Source of the DNA: Nitrospinales bacterium
GTDB taxonomy: Bacteria; Nitrospinota; Nitrospinia; Nitrospinales; VA-1
Reading direction: 5' to 3'
DNA length: 64,000 bases
Assembly (NCBI GenBank): GCA_965223795.1
Contig: CBDCXL010000002.1
Span: 2,752,001 to 2,816,000 of the forward strand
This document shows, piece by piece, positions 45,048-55,414 of this stretch (position 1 is its first letter; the number at the start of each line of letters is the position of its first letter). Below the pieces are notes generated by a model, which ran no database searches, had not been told where the DNA came from, and saw only the letters and a program-made list of their open reading frames with translations. Made by a program: the position numbers and the translations under genes.

Positions 45048-46868
45048 ATGTGCGGTATCAGCGGTGTGGTGGGATTGAACAACATATCAGAGACGCTGCT
45101 CGAAGGCATCCGCAGCCTGGAGTACCGGGGCTACGATTCCTGCGGCGTCGCCATGATGAACGGGAAATCGCTCCTCATCAAGAAGAACATCGGCGGGGTC
45201 GAGGAATGTTTCCGCAAGGAGAACATCCTGTCCCACAGCAGCAAGATCGGCATCGCGCACACCCGCTGGGCGACGCACGGCAAGGTGACGCGCGACAACA
45301 CGCATCCGTTTCCCTCCTGCGACGGCCGCTTCGCGGTGGTGCACAACGGCATCATCTCCAATTACCGGCCGCTGCGTGAAAAACTCAAGGCGGACGGGCA
45401 CACGTTCACCTCCGACACGGACACGGAGGTGATCCCGCACCTGCTGGAAAAATTCTATAAAGAGACCAAAGATCCGGAACAGGCCCTGGTCAAGGTGCTG
45501 CACCTGCTGGAAGGCACGTTCGCGCTGGCGTTCATCACCTCCTACGCTCCGGGACAGATCTTCTGCGCCAAGCGGGAATCGCCGCTGATGCTGGGGATCG
45601 GCGACGAGGCCAAGTACATCGGTTCGGACTTCAACGCCTTCATCGACCAGACCAAAAACGCCATCATCATCGACGACGGCGAGTACGCCATCGTGTCGCG
45701 CGACTCCTACATCGTGAAAAACGCGGTGACCGGACAGGAGATCAACAAAGAGATCACGATCATCGCCTGGGACAGCGAGACCTCCAAGAAGGGCGGCTAC
45801 CCGCATTACATGCTGAAAGAGATCTACGAGCAGCCGCAGACCGTGACCACCGCGCTGGAGCAGGACCCGGCCCCGATGGAAGAGGTGGCCGAAATGATCC
45901 TAAAGAGCGACAAGACGCATCTTGTCGGCGTGGGCACGACGTTTTACGTGGCCAATTACGGCAACTACATTTTCTCCAGCCTGGCCGGCGAGTACCTGCC
46001 GACCATCAGTTCCGACGAGTTCATCCAGCTTGCGAACGTGGACAAAAACAGCATGGTGATGGCCATGTCGCAATCGGGCGAGACCTACGACACGCTGTCC
46101 GCGCTCAAGCACGCCAAAAAGCAGGGTGCCAAGACCGCCGCCGTGGTGAACGTGATGGGCTCCTCCATCGCCAGGATGGTGGACAAGGTCATCCTGCAGG
46201 GCTCGGGCCCCGAGATCTGCGTCATCAGCACCAAGGCGGCGCTGTCGCAGATGCTCATCCTGACGCTGATCGCGCTCAAGCTGGCGGTGAAGAAAAAGGC
46301 GATGACGAAAAAGGTCTATCAGAAGCACATGGCCGCCCTCAAGGAGCTGCCCAGCATCATCCAGAGCATCCTCAACGAACGTTCCGGGTTCATCCACCGC
46401 ATCGCCAACCGCTACAGCAAGACCCGGCACTGGCTGTACCTGGGGCGCGGCATCTACTACCCGATCGCGCTGGAATCCGCTCTCAAGATGAAGGAAGTGG
46501 CCTACGTGCACGCCGAGGGCATGCCCGGCGGTTTTTTGAAGCACGGCACGCTGGCGATGATCGATCAGGACATCTACTCGATCGTGTTCATCCCGCCGAA
46601 AGAGGACAAGCAGCTCTACGAATCGACGCTGCACAGCGTCGAGGAAATCCGCGCTCGTGCGGGCTTCGTGCTCGGCATCCATTTCGATGAGCGCGGCAAG
46701 AACAAGGATCTGTTCAGCGAAGAGCTGATCCTGCCGACCGTGCCGCCGATCATCGCGCCGCTCATCCAGATGGTGATCGGACAATTGTTCTCCTACTTCA
46801 CCGCCACCAGCCTCAAGCGCAACGTCGACAAACCCCGCTCGCTCGCCAAGTCCGTGACCGTGGGGTGA
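45048..46868 (+). CDS. glmS: Glutamine-fructose-6-phosphate transaminase
   Basis: MCGI, LEYRGYDS, HTRWATHG, SQSGET and LAKSVTV motifs. Confidence 0.97.
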   Translation: MCGISGVVGLNNISETLLEGIRSLEYRGYDSCGVAMMNGKSLLIKKNIGGVEECFRKENILSHSSKIGIAHTRWATHGKVTRDNTHPFPSCDGRFAVVHNGIISNYRPLREKLKADGHTFTSDTDTEVIPHLLEKFYKETKDPEQALVKVLHLLEGTFALAFITSYAPGQIFCAKRESPLMLGIGDEAKYIGSDFNAFIDQTKNAIIIDDGEYAIVSRDSYIVKNAVTGQEINKEITIIAWDSETSKKGGYPHYMLKEIYEQPQTVTTALEQDPAPMEEVAEMILKSDKTHLVGVGTTFYVANYGNYIFSSLAGEYLPTISSDEFIQLANVDKNSMVMAMSQSGETYDTLSALKHAKKQGAKTAAVVNVMGSSIARMVDKVILQGSGPEICVISTKAALSQMLILTLIALKLAVKKKAMTKKVYQKHMAALKELPSIIQSILNERSGFIHRIANRYSKTRHWLYLGRGIYYPIALESALKMKEVAYVHAEGMPGGFLKHGTLAMIDQDIYSIVFIPPKEDKQLYESTLHSVEEIRARAGFVLGIHFDERGKNKDLFSEELILPTVPPIIAPLIQMVIGQLFSYFTATSLKRNVDKPRSLAKSVTVG

Positions 46869-46901
46869 CACGCTGCGTCGTCACCGGCGTTGCTTTTTCG
46901 C

Positions 46902-46930
46902 TTGACGGATTAGCCTGCCGTTTTTACAGT
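46902..46930 (+). promoter_or_regulatory. Possible sigma70 promoter for the downstream lipoprotein
   Basis: TTGACG-17 bp-TACAGT. Confidence 0.45.
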
Positions 46931-46997
46931 GAGCGTTCCCATTCACCTGGAAACGAGGCCTTTGCATATTCCCGCCCGAAGAGAAAAATATAATTTA

Positions 46998-47057
46998 TTG
47001 TCGTCCTGAGCTTGTCGAAGGGCGCTTGATTGTGCTTCGACAGGCTCAGCATGACAA
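46998..47057. repeat. REP-like inverted repeat
   Basis: ttgtcgtcctgagcttgtcgaag ... cttcgacaggctcagcatgacaa; same family as 20008-20053. Confidence 0.8.
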
Positions 47058-47099
47058 CCAATGAGACATGTGCAAAGGTCCCAAAAACGGAGGCGAGAT

Positions 47100-47540
47100 A
47101 TGAGTTCCCGCAAAACCCTGGCCTGGATTCTTTCGATCGGGCTGCTTTCCACTTCCTGCGCCACGAGCACGGTGACCAGCGACAAACCGGATCTCATCCC
47201 CGAACCCCGTTCGGACGCGCGCGGGCCGAAAAGCTACTGCCGCCGCAGCGGCGACAACGAACTGGTAGTCAAAGTGCGCAACCAGAGCGACGTGGACGCC
47301 CGTAAAACGTCCAAGACGCAGGTCAAGTATTCCTCCGGCGGCGATTTCAAAAAGCCCACCGACGCGCTGCCGGGCGGGGTGTCGGACGGCGTCGTGTTCC
47401 CGCTGCCGGGAAGTTGCTTCAATCCCGACTGCAAGTTCACGATCCAGGTGGACGCGAACGACGACATCCAGGAGAGCCACCGCGACGTTCCCGATGAGCA
47501 CGAGTTCAACAACAAGGTCGAAGGACTGTGTGAGGGGTGA
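47100..47540 (+). CDS. Lipoprotein with a CARDB-like Ig-fold domain
   Basis: LSTSC lipobox; PDL..V.V.NQ..VD..D.I.ES..E.NN pattern. Confidence 0.75.
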   Translation: MSSRKTLAWILSIGLLSTSCATSTVTSDKPDLIPEPRSDARGPKSYCRRSGDNELVVKVRNQSDVDARKTSKTQVKYSSGGDFKKPTDALPGGVSDGVVFPLPGSCFNPDCKFTIQVDANDDIQESHRDVPDEHEFNNKVEGLCEG

Positions 47541-47665
47541 TTTCTTTCACGGGTCATTTGTTGCACTACGCACGGTAAGAAAAGAGTGTTTTGCAATGAA
47601 TGAGGTTTAATGGGAGAAAAACAATCCATGGGTCTCGTTCAAGACCCCTGGATTGCTTAAGCTGG

Positions 47666-48676
47666 TTAAAGCTCGGCGTCGATGTCAACGAACGCACTGT
47701 CTGAAGTGCTTTGCAGGGCGGAAGCGTCCCCATTCACTAAAGTGGCACCTCCTGTTCGTGTGAAAATGAGCCGCCCGTTGAAAGAGGTGGATGTATTTGA
47801 GGCTAAAGTGCCTTGAGCCGCGGAGGTCAGTGTGGCGTCGAAAACCTGGTAATGCGAGTTGGAACTCACCGTAATATCCAAAGGGTTGGGAGCCACTCGT
47901 TTTTCAAAATAGGGGAACACCACGTCCACCCGGCCATTGGACACGCCCACCTGCCCGACGGCAACATATGAACCGTTGAGGTAATTTTGTCTTTCAAAGT
48001 ACCGCTGCGCCAGAGACGTCTCCATCCCGAGGGTCCGGTGCTCGTAATCGGAAACCTGCGAACCTTCTTCCAACTGGATTTGCCCCAGATACAGCTCGTC
48101 GTTCACGGCCGCGTCCGCATCGTCCACCCAGATGAAGACCGCGCAGTTCTTCATGTCCGAGTTGATGGAAATGTCTTCGATGCTGAACTTCTGATAGCTC
48201 GTGGAAAGGCTCAAGTTTACTGGGTCGTTTTGGTAAGACCAGTTTGTGGCCAAAGTGGGATTCGTCCCTTCGGCGTTCCAGGCGGAGACCACATCCGAAG
48301 TCACTGTGTCGGCCGTTCCGTTCCAGGACAGGACCGCGGCGCGGATGTTGCGGACCGCTCCCGCTCCCGTCTGAGCCTGAAAAGAGAGTGAGGCGGCGGC
48401 ATCGACGATCTGCTGGCAGTTGGCGTTTTCGATGATCTGCACGAAGCCGAATTTCTTGCTGGCGGTCTGCACCACGGCTTTTTGAGCGTGGCCGGATCCT
48501 TTGGGAGCGTCGGTCACCTGCGACACGTCCACCACGTCGTTGCCGTCGGAAAGCAGAATCCAGCGGTCGAGAAGATAGGTGTCGTCGTTGTTGTTGGGTG
48601 TGGTGGATGCGTCGAAACTGGTTCCACGCTGCGCGATGTTGAATTCTCCGTTGATGAGCATGTTTTTGTTCATCAT
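47666..48676 (-). CDS. Phage tail-fibre-associated carbohydrate-binding-like protein
   Basis: N.LING.F.IAQRGTS...DRW start, QLEEGS...YEHR...E....QRYF, and DAEL end. AAGGAG RBS upstream. Confidence 0.65.
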   Translation of the reverse strand: MMNKNMLINGEFNIAQRGTSFDASTTPNNNDDTYLLDRWILLSDGNDVVDVSQVTDAPKGSGHAQKAVVQTASKKFGFVQIIENANCQQIVDAAASLSFQAQTGAGAVRNIRAAVLSWNGTADTVTSDVVSAWNAEGTNPTLATNWSYQNDPVNLSLSTSYQKFSIEDISINSDMKNCAVFIWVDDADAAVNDELYLGQIQLEEGSQVSDYEHRTLGMETSLAQRYFERQNYLNGSYVAVGQVGVSNGRVDVVFPYFEKRVAPNPLDITVSSNSHYQVFDATLTSAAQGTLASNTSTSFNGRLIFTRTGGATLVNGDASALQSTSDSAFVDIDAEL

Positions 48677-48730
48677 GATGCGTCTCCTTTTTTCGAGAGT
48701 TGAAAAAGACCCAAAAGGGCCAGTGGGCAC

Positions 48731-48758
48731 AAAAAAACCGGACCCATGCGGTCCGGTT
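48731..48758 (-). terminator. Intrinsic terminator in the leader of the phage-like gene
   Basis: aaccggacc-gcatg-ggtccggtt hairpin running into a T7 tract, about 55 nt upstream of the ATG. Confidence 0.75.
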
Positions 48759-49163
48759 GCTGTGAACACTTAAATTGAAAACGTGTGAGGCGGGTTTCAT
48801 GCAGGGAAACCGGTCGTGGATTTCCCCGCTAAAAAGTCAAAGGTCTATACTAAAGGTGGAGAAGACAAGGTGTGAAACTGTCAACCCGCATTCCCAAAAG
48901 GATTTAGGGAACGCAAACGTTAGGGTCTCCGAAAAGCAGCCATGCTCGGGGTACTTTTCGATGGAGTGATTGCTCGCCCCCCACGTTGCTGTTAAAAACT
49001 CACTGGCTCAGACATTCCGATTCTTTTCAACAATTTGTTGCGGGGGTGACGGCGTCTCTGCTAGAGTGGCCGTTTACTCAATTGCAATGCAAACGCCGCA
49101 TTCCCGCGCCGGGCAAGGAGACGGGCCTGGGGCAGGAACGGGCGTCTGCTTCAGGGAATTTGT

Positions 49164-50546
49164 ATGAGCAAAAAAAGGAACACAAAAAATGAAATCCAGA
49201 CCGCACTGACGATCGCGGGGTCGGACCCGAGCGGAGGCGCGGGGATTCAGGCGGATCTCAAGACCTTCGCGGCGCACGGGGTGCACGGCCTGTCGGTGAT
49301 CGCGTCGATCACCGCGCAGAACACACGCGGCGTGGTGGGCACCCATGACCTGACGCCGGAGGTGGTGGCTGATCAATTGGCGGCGGTGTTCGCGGATAAA
49401 AAACCGGATGCGGTCAAAACGGGCATGCTGGGAAACGAGGCCGTGGTCGAGGCGGTGGCCGGGAAACTCAAGGCCAGCAGGGTGAAAGCGCTGGTGGTCG
49501 ATCCGGTGATCCTTTCCTCCAACGGCAAAACGCTTCTGTCGCCCGCAGGGGTGGAGATGCTGTGCAGGCGTCTTTTGCCGCTCGCGGAACTGGTGACACC
49601 GAACCTGAAGGAAGCGGAAGCCCTTTCGGGCGTGTCCATCCGAAAACCCGCCGACCGGCTGAAAGCGGCGAGAGTCATTCTTAAAATGGGTGTCAAGCGG
49701 GTGCTCATCAAGGGCGGGCATCTGAAAGGCGACCCGGAGGATTTTTACACGGATGGCAAGATGTCGTTGACGCTGAAATCGCCCCGGCTCACGGACGAGG
49801 ACCCGCACGGGACGGGCTGCGTCCTTTCGGCGGCGATCGCCGCGGGACTGGCCTGCGGCAAAAAAACCGAGGATGCGGTGCACGTCGCCAAGGCGTTCAT
49901 CGGTGTGGCCATCGCCGGCGGGGTGCGTTCGGGCGGCGGGGCGTTGAACGTGAATCCCCTCGCGCCCCTGTACCGGAACGGCGAGCGGCTGGACCTGATG
50001 CGGCGGATGGCGGAAGCGGTCGCGGTGTTAAAGCGGGAACGCATCGGCAGCCTGATTCCGGAGGTGCAGTCCAACCTGGGCATGGGGCTTCAAGGTGCGC
50101 ACACCGAGGCGGACGTGATCGGCATCCCCGGACGCATCGTCAAGCTGGGCGAGGACATCCACACGCTGGCGGCGCCGGAGTTCGGCGGCTCACGCCACGT
50201 GGCGCACATCGTGCTGACGCTGATGCGGCACGATCCGGCAAAGCGGGCGGTGATGAACATCAAGTACACGGACGCGCTGCTCAAGATCTGCCGCAAGCTG
50301 AAGTTCAAGCTCGCTTCTTTCGACCGCGCCGACGAGCCGAAGCGGGTGCGCGAGGTGGAAGGCTCGTCGCTGGAATGGGGGACGGACCACGCGGTGCGGG
50401 AGTACGGCTCGGTGCCGGACATCATTTACGATCTGGGCGGTTTTGGCAAGGAGGAGATGATCCGGGTGATCGCCGAGGATCTGGAGTCTCTGGTGGAAAA
50501 AATCCTCAAAATCCACCGCCTGCACCAGAAAAGCCAGCGGAAGTAA
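49164..50546 (+). CDS. thiD: HMP/HMP-P kinase fused to a ThiN-type thiamine-phosphate synthase
   Basis: [17 protein letters not shown] and HGTGC motifs; C-terminal [28 protein letters not shown] ThiN domain. Confidence 0.92.
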   Translation: MSKKRNTKNEIQTALTIAGSDPSGGAGIQADLKTFAAHGVHGLSVIASITAQNTRGVVGTHDLTPEVVADQLAAVFADKKPDAVKTGMLGNEAVVEAVAGKLKASRVKALVVDPVILSSNGKTLLSPAGVEMLCRRLLPLAELVTPNLKEAEALSGVSIRKPADRLKAARVILKMGVKRVLIKGGHLKGDPEDFYTDGKMSLTLKSPRLTDEDPHGTGCVLSAAIAAGLACGKKTEDAVHVAKAFIGVAIAGGVRSGGGALNVNPLAPLYRNGERLDLMRRMAEAVAVLKRERIGSLIPEVQSNLGMGLQGAHTEADVIGIPGRIVKLGEDIHTLAAPEFGGSRHVAHIVLTLMRHDPAKRAVMNIKYTDALLKICRKLKFKLASFDRADEPKRVREVEGSSLEWGTDHAVREYGSVPDIIYDLGGFGKEEMIRVIAEDLESLVEKILKIHRLHQKSQRK

Positions 50547-50571
50547 ACCGGCGCCGGAAAGTGAAGCCGTT

Positions 50572-52500
50572 TTAAAGCAGGGTCTTGTCGATCTTGATGG
50601 TGGACTTTTCACGCAGGTTGCGAAACCAGTCCAGAAACACGATGTTGCCTTTTTCCCGTTTCAGCCGTTCGGTGATGGTTTTGATCTGCTCTTCAGTGGG
50701 TTCCCCGGCTTCTTCACGGTCCGCCAGCTTGATGAGGTAGTGCTTTCTCAATGCCGACACCGCGGCGGTCTGGCCCTTGTCCATCAGGAAGGCCTTGTCC
50801 TTGATTTTGGCGATGTCGCCGATCCCCGGAATGGAATCCTCCATGCTGAAATAGGGCGTGCGCTGCACATACAGCTCGTTGTCCTTGGCGATTGTTTCCA
50901 GATCCGGTTCTTTTTCCAGCTTTTCCGCCAGTTCCTTGAATTTTTTGGCGGTGTGCTTCCTGTCCATGTCTTCGGCAAGTTTTTTCTCGATTTTTTCCCG
51001 CACCGCGTCCATTTCCGGAATGTACGCCGGTTTCCGCTCCACCACCTTCACCAGGTAGGACCCGTTGGGCGTCAGGATGGGGTCGCTCACTTTGTTGTCC
51101 GGCAGGATGAACGCGGCGTTGAAAAACTCCGGCACGGTGCCGATGTCGGGGAGGTTCCGATTCTGGCGGGAGAAGAAGCCGGAGGTCTTCACTTCCACCT
51201 TCTGCGCGGCGGCGGCCGCAGCCAGGTCCTTGCCTTCCTCAATGGATTTGTGAATCCGCTTCACTATCCGCCGGGAGCGCTGCCTCGCCTTGGTGGCCTT
51301 GATGGCCTGAACGACGGTGTCCTTGACTTCCGAGAGCGGCTTGGTGCGTTCCTCAATCTTTTCGTCCAGGCGGATCAGATGGTACCCGAAGGGCGTTTTT
51401 ACCGGTTCACTGATGGCGCCGATTTCCAGTTTTTCCAGCTCCGCTTCGAACTCCGGCGCCATGGTTCCCACCGGAAATTCGCCCAGACTGCCGCCTTTGT
51501 CTCCGGAAGCGGGGTCGTCGGAGATTTTTTCCGCCAGCGTCTCGAATTTTTCACCTTCCCGGATCTTTTTCAGCGCCGCTTCGGCTTCCTTTTTCGCCGT
51601 TTCTTCGGAATCTTTTTGTTTTTCCTCAACCGTTGCGTCCTCCAGTTTGGAGGGTTCGAGCTGGAACAGGATGTGGCTGGCGCGGTATTTCTTTTGCACT
51701 CGATATTTGCCGAGGTTTGATTCATAATAGTCTTGGATGTCCTCATCCCGTGGCTCGATGCCTGCTTCCAGATCCTTGGGCGTCACTTTCACATACTCGA
51801 CCTTGATTTGGTCGGGGACTTCAAATTGGATCTTGTTCTTTTCATAATAATCCTTTAAATTTTCTTCAGAGGCCTTTTCAGTGCTTTTGAAGTGGTCCTC
51901 GGCAAAAGCGATGTATTCCAGTTTCACCGTTTCCTCTTCCCGCTTGAACGCCTCCATCACTTCACTTTTGGAAACCAGCGTGCTGTTTTTGATGATATTT
52001 TCCAGTTTCTCCAGGGTGAGGGATTCGCGGATGCTGCTTTCGAAATCGAGGGGAGACAGGCGCTGCGACTGCAGGTAGTTGTTGTAGTAGGTTTCGTTGA
52101 ACTGGTTGTCTTTCTGGAACAGGGCGGATTGTTTGATGTTGGCGATCACCTCCGCGTCGCTCACGCGGATGTCCTGGTTGTCCGCTTCTCTGAGCAGCAG
52201 CTTCTGCTGGATCAGGCTGTCGAGCGCCTGGGTCTTGAGGTCCAGCCGCTGGATCATGTCTTCCGAGAACTGGCTGCGGAACTGCTGCCGGTAGAAATTG
52301 ACCAGGTTGTTGAAGCTGCGATCGTATTCGCTGAAACTGATTTTTTGTCCATCGACGGTCGCGACCACGCCGCTGCGGGTGCCCGTGGCGCCGCCCATGC
52401 CCCATGAATAGAAAATAGTGCCCACAAAGGCCAGAATTATCACCCACAGAATCGTCTTGATCAACCAGGAACTTTGGTGCTGCCTTATCAAATTCAGCAT
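50572..52500 (-). CDS. ppiD: PpiD/SurA-type parvulin peptidyl-prolyl isomerase
   Basis: N-terminal TM, SurA_N domain, ASHIL, SDDPAS..GGSLG and PVKTPFGYHLI motifs. Confidence 0.85.
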   Translation of the reverse strand: MLNLIRQHQSSWLIKTILWVIILAFVGTIFYSWGMGGATGTRSGVVATVDGQKISFSEYDRSFNNLVNFYRQQFRSQFSEDMIQRLDLKTQALDSLIQQKLLLREADNQDIRVSDAEVIANIKQSALFQKDNQFNETYYNNYLQSQRLSPLDFESSIRESLTLEKLENIIKNSTLVSKSEVMEAFKREEETVKLEYIAFAEDHFKSTEKASEENLKDYYEKNKIQFEVPDQIKVEYVKVTPKDLEAGIEPRDEDIQDYYESNLGKYRVQKKYRASHILFQLEPSKLEDATVEEKQKDSEETAKKEAEAALKKIREGEKFETLAEKISDDPASGDKGGSLGEFPVGTMAPEFEAELEKLEIGAISEPVKTPFGYHLIRLDEKIEERTKPLSEVKDTVVQAIKATKARQRSRRIVKRIHKSIEEGKDLAAAAAAQKVEVKTSGFFSRQNRNLPDIGTVPEFFNAAFILPDNKVSDPILTPNGSYLVKVVERKPAYIPEMDAVREKIEKKLAEDMDRKHTAKKFKELAEKLEKEPDLETIAKDNELYVQRTPYFSMEDSIPGIGDIAKIKDKAFLMDKGQTAAVSALRKHYLIKLADREEAGEPTEEQIKTITERLKREKGNIVFLDWFRNLREKSTIKIDKTLL

Positions 52501-52701
52501 TCATCGGTCTCCATGCAGTATGCGGCGGTGTTTGTCAGCACCTACTATAAAAAACGCCGGGAGAATTGGCAACCGTTTATGGCGGAGCGGGCAAACGGGT
52601 TTTCTGCAAAGCTTTTCAAGGATTCTTCCGATAATGTAAGGAGTCTGTATGCAGGGGGCGCGAACGCTCGCGTTTCCTCCGGGGCCGCACTCGCATTTGC
52701 C

Positions 52702-52730
52702 TTGCAAATCGAAACCCTCCTTGCTATAAA
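52702..52730 (+). promoter_or_regulatory. Sigma70 promoter for mreBCD-mrdA
   Basis: TTGCAA-17 bp-TATAAA with an extended TGn element. Confidence 0.55.
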
Positions 52731-52778
52731 ACGAACGCCATGAAATACAAGGGGTTACCGCAACAGCACCGGCCCTGA

Positions 52779-53831
<1,053 letters not shown>

Positions 53832-53833
53832 TT

Positions 53834-54826
53834 GTGGCCAGACAGGGAATCAAAGGCAAGCGGCTGGTCGTTCTCCTGTCTCTCATTGTGCTTTTGTCCT
53901 TTGCACTGATGACCATCAACAGCAAACGGGAAGAAGGCCCCTTTTTCCTGGAATCGCTGGTGGTGTGGGTTTTTTCCCCGTTTCAGGCGCTGTTCACACA
54001 CACGGTGAACTCGATTTCCGGCGTGTTCGACCATTACGTTTTTGTGGCCGACAGCTCGCAGGAAAACGAACGGCTGAAAGCGCATATCGACCGGCTGGAA
54101 CGGCGCAACAACGCGCTGATCGAAAAAATGAAGCAGCACGAGCGGGTCGCCCGGCTGATCGGCTCCGGGGGCAGCCCGGCGCTCGACGCCATTCCGGCTC
54201 CCGCTCCGGCAGGTCCGGCGGCGGAAGCTGCCGGAGATCCGGCCCGGGAGAGCGGCCTGGCCGATGAGCCGCTGGCCAGCCCGGCTGCCGCGGAAAACGG
54301 CTTCGCTGAACAACCACTCGCCCCTCCGCCCCCGGCGGAGGCGGCCGCTGCGGAACCGGATGCGTTCGTGGTGGCGACGGTGATCGGCCGCGACGCCACG
54401 CAATGGTCGAAGGTGGTGATCCTCAATAAGGGCACGCGTGACGGGGTGCGGCCGAATCTTGCGGTCGTCACCGACGCGGGGGTCATCGGGCATGTGATCC
54501 AGGCGTCCGGCGGGACATCGAAGGTGTTGCTGGTCACCGACGGCCGCAGCGCGGTGGATTCCCTGTTCCAGGAGTCGCGGGTCAGCGGCGTGGTGGTGGG
54601 GACCGGCGAGGATCACGGCGAGATGAAATACGTTCCCAAGGAAGCGGAGGTGCACGTCGGCGATAAAGTGCTGTCGTCCGGTCTCGGCGGCACCTTTCCC
54701 AAGGGGCTGCGCATCGGCGTCGTCACCCATGTGACCAAAAAGAAGCAGGGCCTGTTCCAGGACATCCTCATCGCGCCGAGCGCCGACCTGACGCGGCTGG
54801 AGGAGGTTCTCGTCCTGCTTTCCTGA
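53834..54826 (+). CDS. mreC: Rod shape-determining protein MreC
   Basis: TM helix, coiled coil (ENERLK), SSGLGGTFPKG and LEEVLV. Confidence 0.93.
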   Translation: MARQGIKGKRLVVLLSLIVLLSFALMTINSKREEGPFFLESLVVWVFSPFQALFTHTVNSISGVFDHYVFVADSSQENERLKAHIDRLERRNNALIEKMKQHERVARLIGSGGSPALDAIPAPAPAGPAAEAAGDPARESGLADEPLASPAAAENGFAEQPLAPPPPAEAAAAEPDAFVVATVIGRDATQWSKVVILNKGTRDGVRPNLAVVTDAGVIGHVIQASGGTSKVLLVTDGRSAVDSLFQESRVSGVVVGTGEDHGEMKYVPKEAEVHVGDKVLSSGLGGTFPKGLRIGVVTHVTKKKQGLFQDILIAPSADLTRLEEVLVLLS

Positions 54827-54834
54827 GAGCGGTC

Positions 54835-55350
54835 ATGTTCTTTCTGACGCAATCCATTCTGATCCTGTTCCTGTTCTGTACCCAGACGACCCTGCTCGCG
54901 CCGTTCGCCGTGGCCGGGATCACACCGGATCTGGCCCTGATTTTCGTGGTGTACTGCGGGTTTCATTTCCAGGGCAACGGCGGCGTGGCGATGGGATTCG
55001 CCGTGGGGCTGTTGCAGGACTGCCTGTCGGGCGGGATTCTGGGGGTGAACACGCTTTCCAAGAGCCTGATCGGCACGTTCTTTTCCACCCTCAAAGACAA
55101 GATCCTGGTGGAGGGATTCGTTCCGATTTTTTTCTTCCTCATTGTGGCTTCTTTGGTGGATGGCTTTATTTTTTATCTGCTTCTGGTTACCTTATTGAAA
55201 GGGAGCCTGCCGGGCCGGTTTCTGTTCGCCGAGCTTCCGGTGTACGCCTTGTACAACGCCTGCGTGGGTCCACTTTGTTTCTACTTTTTCGACATCGTGC
55301 GCAAATGGACCGTGCGCCGGTTTCCCAACGCCTTTGTGCGGACGACCTGA
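54835..55350 (+). CDS. mreD: Rod shape-determining protein MreD
   Basis: PDL.LI..G..GLLQD..G..G membrane protein following mreC. Confidence 0.9.
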   Translation: MFFLTQSILILFLFCTQTTLLAPFAVAGITPDLALIFVVYCGFHFQGNGGVAMGFAVGLLQDCLSGGILGVNTLSKSLIGTFFSTLKDKILVEGFVPIFFFLIVASLVDGFIFYLLLVTLLKGSLPGRFLFAELPVYALYNACVGPLCFYFFDIVRKWTVRRFPNAFVRTT

Positions 55351-55414
55351 ACACAACTGATGCAGCGCCGTACGGACGCAGCCTGATCCGTACCGGCGGG
55401 ATGCCCTTCGACTC

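Noticed and set aside
43776..45048. glmS ribozyme
   Set aside because: glmS lies 19 bp after the previous gene, so there is no leader.
48885..48950. GGGAACGCAAAC..GGGTCT resembling a c-di-GMP-I riboswitch, or a TPP riboswitch before thiD
   Set aside because: The GGCAAAC/GNRA stem is missing, and the TPP hallmarks CUGAGA and ACCUGAU are absent.
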